A stretch of DNA of 64,000 nucleotides from an uncultured Chloroflexia bacterium (GTDB lineage Bacteria; Chloroflexota; Limnocylindria; Limnocylindrales; CSP1-4), in assembly GCA_963763775.1 (NCBI GenBank), contig CAVXPZ010000004.1, positions 160,001 through 224,000 of the forward strand, given 5' to 3'. This document shows, piece by piece, positions 21,536 through 31,536 of this stretch; the stretch's first letter is position 1, and each line of letters starts with the position of its first letter. A program made the position numbers and the translations under genes. The notes beneath the pieces are model-generated. The model was not told the DNA's origin. It saw only the letters and a list, made by a program, of their open reading frames with translations, and did not search any database.

Positions 21536-23575
21536 CCGTGGACACCGCCCCGGTCACGGCGCTGCTCGACCGGTCCAACCGGCTTGGCGCCGACCCGCGC
21601 AACACGAACTACGCCGGCGGCAATACGTCGGCCAAGGGGACGGCGATCGACCCGGTGACCGGCGGCCCGGTCGACCTGCTCTGGGTCAAGGGGTCGGGCG
21701 GCGACCTGGGGACGCTGACCGAGGCCGGCCTCGCCGTGCTCCGACTCGACCGGCTGCGCTCGCTCGTCGATGTGTACCCCGGCATCGAGCGCGAGGACGA
21801 GATGGTCGCCGCGTTCGACTTCTGCCTGCACGGGCGCGGCGGGGCGGCGCCGTCGATCGACACGGCGATGCACGGCCTCGTCGACGCCGCGCACGTGGAC
21901 CACCTCCACCCGGATTCCGGGATCGCCCTCGCGACCGCGGCGGATGGCGAGGCCCTGACGCGACGATGCTTCGGCGAACGCGTGGCGTGGGTCCCGTGGC
22001 GCCGACCCGGCTTCGAGCTTGGCCTGGACATGGCGGCGATCCGGCGCGACCGGCCCGACGCCATCGGGGCCATCCTCGGCGGACACGGCATCACGGCCTG
22101 GGGCGACACGTCGGAGGCGTGCGAGGCGAACTCGCTCGAGATCATCCGGACCGCGGAGCGGTTCATCGAGGCCGAGAGCCGGCCCGACCCGTTCGGCCCG
22201 CTGGTGGCTGGACTGGAGCCGCTCCCCGCCGACGCGCGGCGAGAGCGCGCGGCCGCGCTGCTGCCGCTGATCCGCGGGCTCGCATCCACGGACCGACCGC
22301 AGGTGGGCCACTTCACCGACTGCGGATGTCGTGCTCGACTTCCTGTCCCGCGCCGAGCACCCGCGGCTCGCTGCGCTCGGGACGTCGTGCCCGGACCACT
22401 TCCTGCGGACGAAGGTCGCCCCGATGGTCCTCGACCTGCCGCCGGACGCGACCATCGAGGCGACGGTGGCGCGGCTCAAGGAGCTGCATGCCGCCTACCG
22501 CGACGCGTACCGCGCCTACTACGACCGCCACGCGACGCCGGACAGCCCGGCGATGCGCGGGGCCGACCCGGCGATCGTCCTGGTCCCGGGCGTCGGGATG
22601 TTCAGCTTCGGCGCGAACAAGCAGACCGCGCGAGTCGCCGGCGAGTTCTACGTCAATGCGATCAACGTGATGCGCGGCGCCGAAGGGCTGTCGACCTACG
22701 CGCCGATCGCGGAGTCGGAGAAGTTCCGCATCGAGTACTGGGCGCTCGAGGAGGCGAAACTCGCCCGGATGCCGAAGCCCAAGCCGCTCGCGTCGCGAGT
22801 GGCGCTGGTCACCGGCGCCGGTTCCGGGATCGGCAAGGCCATCGCCCACCGGCTCGCGGCCGAGGGCGCCTGCGTGGTCGTCGCGGACATCGACGCGGCC
22901 AGCGCCGAGGCCGTCGCCCAGGAGCTCGGCGGGTCGGATGTCGCGGTCGCCGTCAGCGTCGACGTGACCGACGAGGACCAGGTCGTCGAGGCGTTCCGCC
23001 TCGGGATCCTCGCGTTCGGTGGCGTCGACCTCATCGTCAACAACGCCGGCCTGTCGATCTCCAAGCCGCTGCTCGAGACCACCCTCGCCGATTGGGATCT
23101 CCAGCACGACGTCATGGCCCGTGGCTCGTTCCTCGTGTCGCGCGAGGCGGCGCGGATCATGATCGACCAGGACATGGGCGGCGACATCGTCTACATCGTC
23201 AGCAAGAACGCCTTCTTCGCCGGCCCGAACAACGTGGCCTACGGCGCCTCGAAGGCCGACCAGGCCCACCAGGTCCGACTGCTCGCGGCGGAGCTCGGCG
23301 CGTTCGGGATCCGCGTGAACGGGGTCAACCCCGACGGTGTCGTCCGCGGGTCGGGCATCTTCGCGAAGGGCTGGGGCGCCGACCGGGCGCGGACGTACGG
23401 CATCCCGGAGGACAAGCTCGGCGAGTTCTACGCGCAGCGGACGCTGCTCAAGCGCGAGGTCCTCCCGGAGCACGTGGCGGCGGCCGTCTTCGCCCTGACC
23501 GGCGGCGACCTGAGCCAGACCACCGGCCTGCACATCCCCGTCGACGCGGGCGTCGCCGCCGCCTTCCTGCGGTGA
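21532..23575 (+). CDS. rhaD: Bifunctional rhamnulose-1-phosphate aldolase / lactaldehyde dehydrogenase (RhaEW type); frameshift near 22322
   Basis: NYAGGNTSAK, KGSGGDLG, PSIDTAMH, HVDHLHPD, GTSCPDHFLRTK, IEYWALEEAK, then an SDR domain (TGAGSGIG, YGASK). Confidence 0.9.
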
Positions 23576-25019
23576 CCGTGGGGTCGTTCGCGGCCATCGA
23601 CCTCGGCGCGTCGAGCGGACGTGTCATGGTCGGTCGCGTGGGACCCGGCGCCCTGGACCTCCACGAGGTCCATCGCTTCGCGAACGAGCCGGTCGCGGCT
23701 CCCCGACGGCCTGCACTGGGACATCCTCCGCCTCTATCGCGAGATCCTCGACGGGCTCCGCCTCGCCGCGCGCGGCGCCGACGACCTGCTCGGCGTGGCC
23801 GTGGACTCGTGGGGCGTCGACTACGGCCTGCTCGACGCGACGGACGCCCTGATCGGCGCCCCGTACCACTATCGCGATCCGCGGACGGGTCCGGCGACGG
23901 CCGCCGTCGAGGCGATCGTGCCCGCGACAGCGGCTGTACGAGCGAACCGGCATCCAGTTCCTGCCGTTCAACACGCTCTACCAGCTGACCGCGGACCTCG
24001 GGACGCCGCGGGCCGCGGCCGCCCGGTCGATGGCGATGATCCCCGACCTCATCGGCGCCTGGCTCTCCGGCCGGATCGAGGCCGAGGTCACGAACGCGTC
24101 CACGACGGGCCTGGTCGATCCGGCGACTGGGACCTGGGACACCGCCCTGATCGCCGAGCTCGGCCTGCCGCCGGCGCTGTTCGGGCCGCTCCAGGCGCCT
24201 GGGGACGCGGTGGGGCCGATCCGGGCCGAGGTCGCCGAGGAGACCGGGCTGCCGGCGACCGCCGCGGTCACGCACGTCGGCTCGCATGACACGGCCTCCG
24301 CGGTCGTCGGGGTCCCGGCGGAGGACGATCGGTTCGCCTACATCGCCTGCGGGACGTGGGCCCTCGTCGGCGTGGAGCTGGCGGCACCCATCCGCACGGA
24401 GGCCAGTCGCCTCGCCGGCTTCACGAACGAGCTGGGCGTGGACGGGCGCATCCGCTACCTGCACAACGTCATGGGGCTCTGGCTCCTCCAGGAATCGATG
24501 CGGACCTGGGAACGCGACGGCGACCGGACCACGCTGACCGACCTGCTGGTCGCGGCGGCCGACCTTGCCGCCGACGGCCCGACCTTCGACCCCGACGACC
24601 CGGACCTCCTCGCGCCCGGCGACATGCCGCGGCGGATCGCGGCGCAGCTGGAGCGCTCGGGGCACCCGGCGCCGTCGTCCCGCCCGGCGCTCGTCCGGTG
24701 CATCCTCGACAGCCTGGCGACGGCGTTCGCGGCCACGGTCCGTCAGGCGGCTGCGCTGTCCGGGCGGCAGATCGACGTCGTCCACCTCGTCGGGGGCGGC
24801 AGCCAGAACGTCCTGCTGTGCCAGCTGACCGCCGACGCCTGCGGGCTGCCGGTCGTGGCCGGTCCCGTCGAGGCCACCGCGCTCGGCAACCTGCTGGTCC
24901 AGGCGCGAGCCCACGGGCGGGTCGACGGCGACCTCGCGTCCCTGCGCGCGCTCGTCCGTCGCGGCGCCGAGCTCCGCGAGTACCGGCCGAGGACGGCCCG
25001 AGCGGCGTCGGGCCGCTGA
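23572..25019 (+). CDS. rhaB: Rhamnulokinase (FGGY family); frameshifts near 23697 and 23930
   Basis: AIDLGASSGR, VDSWGVDY, TGIQFLPFNTLYQL, VGSHDTASA, GTWALVG, VGGGSQN, GPVEATALGN. Confidence 0.9.
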
Positions 25020-25023
25020 CGCC

Positions 25024-25770
25024 ATGCGGGTCGCCGTCTTCATCACCTGCTTCAACGACCTGCTGTTCCCGGACGTCGGGCGCGCGGTGGTCCGCCTGCT
25101 CCGGCGCCTCGGCCAGGACGTCGAGTTCCCAGCCGCACAGACCTGCTGCGGCCAGATGCACTTCAACACCGGCTATCGCGACGCCTGCATCCCGCTCGTC
25201 GAGCGCTTCACCGATGCCTTCGACGGGTACGACGCGATCGTCACGCCGTCCCCGTCGTGCGCGGCCATGGTCCGCCACGAGCACGGCGTCGTGGCCGACC
25301 GCGCCGTGGCCCAGGGCGGCGACCGGGCTCTGCCGGATCGCGTGGCCGACCTCCGGCCGCGCGTCCACGAGCTGACCGAGTTCCTCGTCGACGTGCTCGG
25401 GGTCACCGATGTGGGCGCGGTGTTCCCGGAGACCGTCACGCTCCACCCGACCTGCCACTCCGTCCGGATCCTGGGGATCGGCGACCGGCCGCGTCAACTC
25501 CTGTCGGCCGTGGACGGCCTCGCGCTGGTCGAGCTGGCCGGCGCCGACGAGTGCTGCGGGTTCGGCGGGACGTTCGCTGTCAAGAACGCCGACACGTCGC
25601 TCGCGATGGGGAGCGACAAGGTCGCCGCGATCGCGGCGTCCGGGGCGACGGTCGTGACGTCGGCCGACACGTCGTGCCTCATGCACATCGGCGGCATGCT
25701 GTCGCGTGCCGGTTCGCCGGTCCGGGCCATGCACCTGGCCGAGATCCTCGCGGCCGGGTCGCCGTCGTGA
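25024..25770 (+). CDS. lutA: L-lactate dehydrogenase complex subunit, CCG domains (LutA/LldE)
   Basis: FITC, QTCCGQ, HPTCH, ECCGFGGTF, DTSCLMHI. Confidence 0.92.
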   Translation: MRVAVFITCFNDLLFPDVGRAVVRLLRRLGQDVEFPAAQTCCGQMHFNTGYRDACIPLVERFTDAFDGYDAIVTPSPSCAAMVRHEHGVVADRAVAQGGDRALPDRVADLRPRVHELTEFLVDVLGVTDVGAVFPETVTLHPTCHSVRILGIGDRPRQLLSAVDGLALVELAGADECCGFGGTFAVKNADTSLAMGSDKVAAIAASGATVVTSADTSCLMHIGGMLSRAGSPVRAMHLAEILAAGSPS

Positions 25771-25839
25771 CCGCCGGGCCGCTCCGTCCGGCCGCGACGG
25801 CCGCGCCGGCGCCCTCCCCGCTCGCCGCGCCGCGGCTCG

Positions 25840-27322
25840 ATGCCGGCACACCCGTCGTTCGCCGGCACGCCGCCGTTCCCCGAAGCCGCCCGCCAGGCCC
25901 TCGCAGACCCGCAACTCCGGGCCAACCTCGCCCGCGCCACGACCACGATCCGGACCAAGCGTGCCCGCGCGGTCGCCGAGCGCGACGACTGGGAGGCGCT
26001 CCGGCTGGCCGGCGCCGCGATCAAGGACGAGGTCCTGCGCGACCTCCCGGCGCTGCTCGAGCAGCTCGAGGCGCGCGTGACCGCGGCCGGTGGCGTCGTC
26101 CACTGGGCCAGGGACGCGGCCGAGGCGAACGCCATCGTCGTCGCGATCGTCCGCGACGCCGGCGTCGACGAGGTCGTCAAGGTCAAGTCGATGGCGACGC
26201 AGGAGATCGAGCTCAACGCGGCGCTCGCCGAGGCGGGGATCGCCGCGTGGGAGACCGACCTCGCGGAGCTCATCGTCCAGCTCGGCGAGGACCTGCCGTC
26301 GCACATCCTCGTCCCGGCCATCCACCGCAACCGCCGCGAGATCCGCGCGATCTTCGAGCGCGAGATGGGCCGGATGGGGCGCCCGGCGCCGGCGGACCTG
26401 ACCGACGACCCGCGGGCCCTCGCGGAAGCCGCGCGCCTCCACCTGCGCGAGAAGTTCCTCCGGGCGAAGGTGGCGGTCTCCGGGGCCAACTTCGCGGTCG
26501 CCGAGACGGGCACGGTGATGGTCGTCGAGTCCGAGGGCAACGGGCGGATGTGCCTGACGCTCCCGGAGGTCCTCATCACCGTGATGGGCATCGAGAAGCT
26601 CGTCCCGGCCTGGCGCGACCTCGAGGTCTTCCTCCAGCTCCTCCCGCGCTCCTCGACCGCCGAGCGGATGAACCCGTACACCTCGATGTGGACGGGTGTC
26701 ACGCCCGGCGACGGGCCGGCGGCGTTCCACCTGGTCCTGCTCGACAACGGGCGGACGGACACCCTCGTGGACCCGGTCGGGCGGCAGGCACTGCGCTGCA
26801 TCAAATGCTCGGCCTGTCTCAACGTCTGCCCGGTCTACGAGCGGACCGGCGGCCAGGCGTACGGGTCCCCGTATCCCGGCCCGATCGGCGCGATCCTCAC
26901 GCCGCAGCTCCGCGGCATCAACCAGGGGCCGGTCGACGCGCAGACCGCGTCGCTGCCCTACGCGTCGTCGCTGTGCGGCGCGTGCTTCGAGGTCTGCCCG
27001 GTCCGCATCGACATCCCGGAGGTGCTCGTCCACCTCCGCGCCAAGGTCGTCGAGCAGCACGGATGGCGCGGCCACGCGTCGGAGGAGGCCGTCCTGATGG
27101 CCTCGATGGCCTGGGCGTTCCGCAGCCCTCGGCGGCTCGGCTGGGCCGAAACGTGCGGCCGGCGTTGGCGGCCGGGTCCTGGGACGGAACGGGCGGATCC
27201 GCCGCGCACCCGGGCCGGGGCTGCTGCGTGCGTGGCTCCGCGGCCGCGACCTGTCGTCCCCCAGCCGCGAGTCCTTCCGGCGATGGTGGCGCCGGACCGG
27301 CGGCCGCGAGGACGGTCCGTGA
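25840..27322 (+). CDS. lutB: L-lactate utilisation Fe-S protein (LutB/LldF); frameshift near 27150
   Basis: KVKSM, ETDLAE, PSHILVPAIH, ESEGNGRM, CIKCSACLNVCP, SSLCGACFEVCP. The start may be GTG 25767. Confidence 0.9.
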
Positions 27323-27956
27323 CCGGCACGCGGGAGGTCGTCCTCGAGCGGATCCGTGCGGCACTGGCCGATCTCCCGGCCGACGCGCGCCGTTCCGCGC
27401 GACTACGCGACCCGGCTCCCCGACGAGACGGACGTCGTCGCGTTGTTCGCCGAGCGCGTCGCGGACTACCGCGCCACCGTCCACGAGGCCTCGGCCGCGG
27501 AAGTCGGCGCCGTGGTCGCGACGGTGCTCGCCGGCTGGGGCGTCCGGCGGCTCGTCGTCCCGTCCGGTATCCCGGATGCGTGGCTCACCTCGGCCGGACC
27601 GGGTATCGCCGGCCTGACCGACGACCCGCCGCTGAGCAAGGCGGATCTCGACGCGGCCGACGCCGTCATCACGGACTGCGCCGTCGCGATCGCCGAGACC
27701 GGCACGATCGTGCTCGACGGCCGGCCGTCACAGGGTCGGCGGGCCCTGAGCCTGCTGCCGGACCGGCACCTCTGCATCGTGGAGACTGACCGGATCGTCG
27801 GGACGGTCCCCGAAGCCCTGACGCAGGCTCGATCCGACGCGACCGCAGACATGGGTCAGCGGTCCGTCCGCGACGAGCGACATCGAACTCGAGCGGGTCG
27901 AAGGGGTCCACGGACCGCGCACCCTCGACGTGGTCATCGTCAGGCCGGGCGGCTAG
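27319..27956 (+). CDS. lutC: Lactate utilisation protein C (LutC/LldG); frameshifts near 27392 and 27845
   Basis: [51 protein letters not shown]. Confidence 0.88.
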
Positions 27957-28081
27957 CGAGTCGCGTCCTCGCTTGACGGCTGGTCGTGGGACCGACGTCG
28001 TGACACGATGCGCGGACCGCAACGAGACCGTCGGATGCCGACGACCGCTCGGCGACCGTCAGCCCACGAGGAGAGACGACG

Positions 28082-28897
28082 ATGTGGTTCACCGAATTCG
28101 GGCAGATCGCCCACGAGGCGGCCCACGTCGGACAGATCGAGCACCTCGAGGCGGCACAGGCCGCGCTCATGAGCGGCGATCCCGTCCGCCTGCTCGAGGC
28201 GTTCCCGGGTGGCGTCCGGATCGATGACCCGCGAGTCGGCCGGGTCGAGGGCCAGGCCGCACTCGAGGACTTCTGCCGCTCGAGCCGGGCCTGGCTGTCC
28301 GAGCGGGCGGCCTCGAACCGCCAGCTCGCCGTGACCATCAGCGACGCCCGGGTCGTCGGCGAGTTCGAGCTGGACCTGACCCAGGACGGGCGCTCGTTCG
28401 TGCTGCCGGTGGCCGTGGTCGTCGAGCCCGACCCCGTCCGGCGCAGCGTGTGGATCCGGACATACCACAGCCAGTGGCCGCTGCTCGGCCATCACGTGGT
28501 CCGCCCGCCGCTCCTCCCGCGGGATCCAGGCGTCGAGGAGTCCGACGTCGTCGGCGAGTATCAGGCCGCGCTGGCTGCCGGCGACGCGGACCGGATCACG
28601 GCCACGTTCGAGCCGGACGGGTGCTTCCGCGAGCCCGCGGGCCCCCAGTTCGCCCGCTGCGGGACCGACGTCCTTCAGGGCTTCTTCGAGCTGTTCTTCA
28701 GCAAGGGCGGCGGGATCATCCTCGAGCACTGCACGGTCACCGAGGACGGCGTCCGGACGGTCCTCGAGTTCAACGCCGTCCGCTGGGGCGGCGTCGACCT
28801 GCCGCACCAGGCCGGGGTCGCGGTGTACGAGCGAGGCGACAGCGGCAGGCTCCGGTCCGCTCGCATCTACGACGACGTCGAAGGGCCCGTCGAGTAG
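28082..28897 (+). CDS. Tandem SnoaL/NTF2-like domain protein of unknown function
   Basis: Two NTF2-like repeats (AALMSGD...IDDP...IRTY; AALAAGD...FREP...ARIYDD); RBS GAGGAG. Confidence 0.75.
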   Translation: MWFTEFGQIAHEAAHVGQIEHLEAAQAALMSGDPVRLLEAFPGGVRIDDPRVGRVEGQAALEDFCRSSRAWLSERAASNRQLAVTISDARVVGEFELDLTQDGRSFVLPVAVVVEPDPVRRSVWIRTYHSQWPLLGHHVVRPPLLPRDPGVEESDVVGEYQAALAAGDADRITATFEPDGCFREPAGPQFARCGTDVLQGFFELFFSKGGGIILEHCTVTEDGVRTVLEFNAVRWGGVDLPHQAGVAVYERGDSGRLRSARIYDDVEGPVE

Positions 28898-28930
28898 GGA
28901 CCAGGCGGCGTCACGCGGCCGGCGCCCGAC

Positions 28931-28945
28931 AGATGTCTATACAAT
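28931..28945. promoter_or_regulatory. Near-palindromic TGTCTATACA operator overlapping TACAAT -10
   Basis: AGATGTCTATACAAT; a near-identical copy lies at 44662. Confidence 0.6.
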
Positions 28946-28997
28946 CGAGCCTGACGACCCGACCCCGATGACGTTCGAGCCCGTGGAGGTCCTTGCG

Positions 28998-30197
28998 ATG
29001 CAGCAGCACCAGATCAGCCTGCTCGGCACCGGGCTCATCGGCGACTTCTACACCATGGCCCTCCACGGCCAGCGCAGTCGCGACCGCGTGCGCGTCGTGT
29101 ACTCGCGCAGCGAACCGCGCGGGTCGGCGTTCAAGGAGCGATGGGGCATCGAGACATCGACGACCGACCTCCAGGCCGCCGTCGAGCACCCGGACACCGA
29201 TGTCGTGGTGGTCGCCTTGCCGAACTTCCTCCACGAAGAGGCCGTCGCGGCCGTGGCCAGGGCCGGCAAGGCCGTCCTGTGCACCAAACCCCTTGGCCGG
29301 ACGGCGGACGAGGCGGCCCGGATGCTCAAGGTCGTAGAGGACGCGGGGGTGTTCGGCGGCTACCTCGAGGACCTGTGCTACACGCCCAAGACCCTCAAGG
29401 CGCTCGCGTCCGTGGAATCGGGCGCGATCGGTGACGTCACGTGGGTCCGGTCGCGCGAGGCGCATCCGGGCCCGCACAGCGCGTGGTTCTGGGACGGCCG
29501 GCTGACCGGCGGCGGCGCGATCATCGACCTCGGCTGCCATTGCATCGAGATCATCCGCAACTTCGTCGGCAAGGGGAACCGCCCGGTCGAGGTCCTGTGC
29601 CACACCGATACGCTGGTCCACCCGATCGCCGACGAGGACAACGCGGTCGCGCTCATCCGCTTCGAGTCCGGCGCCATCGGCCAGTTCGAGGTCAGCTGGA
29701 CGTTCCGCGGCGGCATGGACCTGCGTGACGAGGTCGCCGGCACCCACGGCACGATCTGGATGAACCACTTCCTGCGGACCGGGTTCGAGATGTTCACCGC
29801 GGGCGGTGGCGATGGCTACGTCGCCGAGAAGGCCGAGACGTCGGCCGGTTGGCTCTTCCCGGTCGGCGACGAGGTCTCCGAGCTCGGCTACGTCGACATG
29901 TTCAGCGACATGTTCGACGCGATGGAGACTGGCCGGGCGCCCCGTGAGACGTTCTACGACGGCTACATCGTCAACGCGGTCATGGACGCCGCCTACCGCT
30001 CGGCGAAGACCGGGACCTGGGCGCCGGTCACGGCCGAGTGGCGTGGCGGGACGACGCCGCGGATCGCCTCGACACCCGAGACGTACGAGGGCCAGGTGGT
30101 CATCAAGCGCGAGATCCTGCCCGACGGACGGCACAAGCTGATCCTCAAGGACCCGGCCTCGGGCGATTTCAGCGACCGGGTGGTCGCCGGCGGCTGA
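28998..30197 (+). CDS. Gfo/Idh/MocA family oxidoreductase
   Basis: [35 protein letters not shown]; RBS GGAGG. Confidence 0.9.
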   Translation: MQQHQISLLGTGLIGDFYTMALHGQRSRDRVRVVYSRSEPRGSAFKERWGIETSTTDLQAAVEHPDTDVVVVALPNFLHEEAVAAVARAGKAVLCTKPLGRTADEAARMLKVVEDAGVFGGYLEDLCYTPKTLKALASVESGAIGDVTWVRSREAHPGPHSAWFWDGRLTGGGAIIDLGCHCIEIIRNFVGKGNRPVEVLCHTDTLVHPIADEDNAVALIRFESGAIGQFEVSWTFRGGMDLRDEVAGTHGTIWMNHFLRTGFEMFTAGGGDGYVAEKAETSAGWLFPVGDEVSELGYVDMFSDMFDAMETGRAPRETFYDGYIVNAVMDAAYRSAKTGTWAPVTAEWRGGTTPRIASTPETYEGQVVIKREILPDGRHKLILKDPASGDFSDRVVAGG

Positions 30198-30200
30198 CGC

Positions 30201-31178
30201 TCAGGGCGCGATCCCAAGGCGCTCGAGGAACGCGAACCGCTCGGCCTGCTGATGGAGCTGGCCGGCTTCGTGGCCGTTGAAGGGCCACACGCGGATCTCG
30301 TGCGGACCGGCGTAGTGGTTGTACGCCGCGAACACCGTCGACGGCGGGCAGATCTCGTCCATCAGGCCGACCGAGAACAGGGCCGGGGCGGTGGCCCGCG
30401 GCGCGAAATGCAGGCCGTCGTGGTAGGCCAGCGTGGCGAAGACGCGGTCGGACAGATCGCGTCGCGTCGCCAGGTACCGGGTGACCTCGCGGTACGGGTC
30501 CTGGTCCGTGATGTCCAGCGCTCGGCGCCAATGGCACAGGAACGGCACGTCGATGGCGGCGGCCCGGACCCGGTCGGACAGGCCCGCCACCGCCAGGGCC
30601 AGCCCGCCACCCTGGCTCTGGCCGGTCACGACGAGCCGTCCCGGATCCACGAGCGGGTGGTGGGCGGCCGCCTCGGTGGCGAGGACTGCGTCGGTGATCA
30701 GCCGGCGGTAGTAGTACGTGCGCGGGTCGTCGATGCCCTTCGTGGTGAACCCGGGGTAGTGCCCGAGGCTGGGCACGTCCTCCAGGTCGGGCGTGTCGCC
30801 CGGGCTCCAGGCGCTTCCCTGCCCCCGGGTGTCCATCACGAGATGGGCATAGCCCGCGGAGGCCCACAGCAGCCACTGGAACGGGAATGAGCGGCCGCCG
30901 CCATAGCCGATGTACTCGACGACCGTCGGGAGCGGTCCCGTTGCGCCGGCCGGGGTGAGGAGCCAGGCCTTGATCGGCTGGCCCGCGTACCCGCTGAAGG
31001 TGACGTCCGCCACCTCGACCGTCCGGAGCGGGGTCTCGACGGACTGGAACTCGGGCGGCGTGCCGGCCGAACGCGACGACGCGAGGGTCTCGGCCCAGAA
31101 CGCGTCGAAGTCGGCCGGCTCGGCGACGTCCGGCCGGTACGCCTGCAGCTGGTCGAGCGGGAGGTCGAACGCGCTCAT
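30201..31178 (-). CDS. Acetylxylan esterase / cephalosporin-C deacetylase (CE7)
   Basis: DTRGQ, nucleophile GQSQGG, DEICPPST, NGHE. Confidence 0.92.
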   Translation of the reverse strand: MSAFDLPLDQLQAYRPDVAEPADFDAFWAETLASSRSAGTPPEFQSVETPLRTVEVADVTFSGYAGQPIKAWLLTPAGATGPLPTVVEYIGYGGGRSFPFQWLLWASAGYAHLVMDTRGQGSAWSPGDTPDLEDVPSLGHYPGFTTKGIDDPRTYYYRRLITDAVLATEAAAHHPLVDPGRLVVTGQSQGGGLALAVAGLSDRVRAAAIDVPFLCHWRRALDITDQDPYREVTRYLATRRDLSDRVFATLAYHDGLHFAPRATAPALFSVGLMDEICPPSTVFAAYNHYAGPHEIRVWPFNGHEAGQLHQQAERFAFLERLGIAP

Positions 31179-31239
31179 GGCGCGAGCATAGCGAGCCGGC
31201 GACCGGCGCTCGCGGCGTCCCGGCCTCGCAGGTCACGGC

Positions 31240-31536
31240 TCAAGCCGACACCGGACGGTTCGGGGTCGTCAGGGTCAAGGCGGACCACGATCGCGCCGGC
31301 AGATCCACGGTCAGGCGTCCGCTGGCCAGCCGGTACCGGACGATCGAGACACCGAGGCGGCGAACGAGGTCGATGACGTCGCGGCGCCATCCGTCAGCGC
31401 CCGCGGTCGGGTGTCCCGGCTCGTAGATCCCGCCGTATACCGCACGGCCCATGTGCTCGATGAAGCCGCCGAACAGGCGCTCGTCGATGTCGCCGACCGT
31501 CGACGTCGGGTCGATGACGACCCGGGCGTCAGCCAA
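31240..31536 (-). pseudogene. Internally deleted GH51 alpha-L-arabinofuranosidase remnant
   Basis: The GH51 N-terminus (IDERLFGGFIEHMGRAVYGGIYEPGHP...SIVRY) is joined in frame to a GH51-like C-terminus (GRLTVDLPARSW). The catalytic core is absent. Confidence 0.8.
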
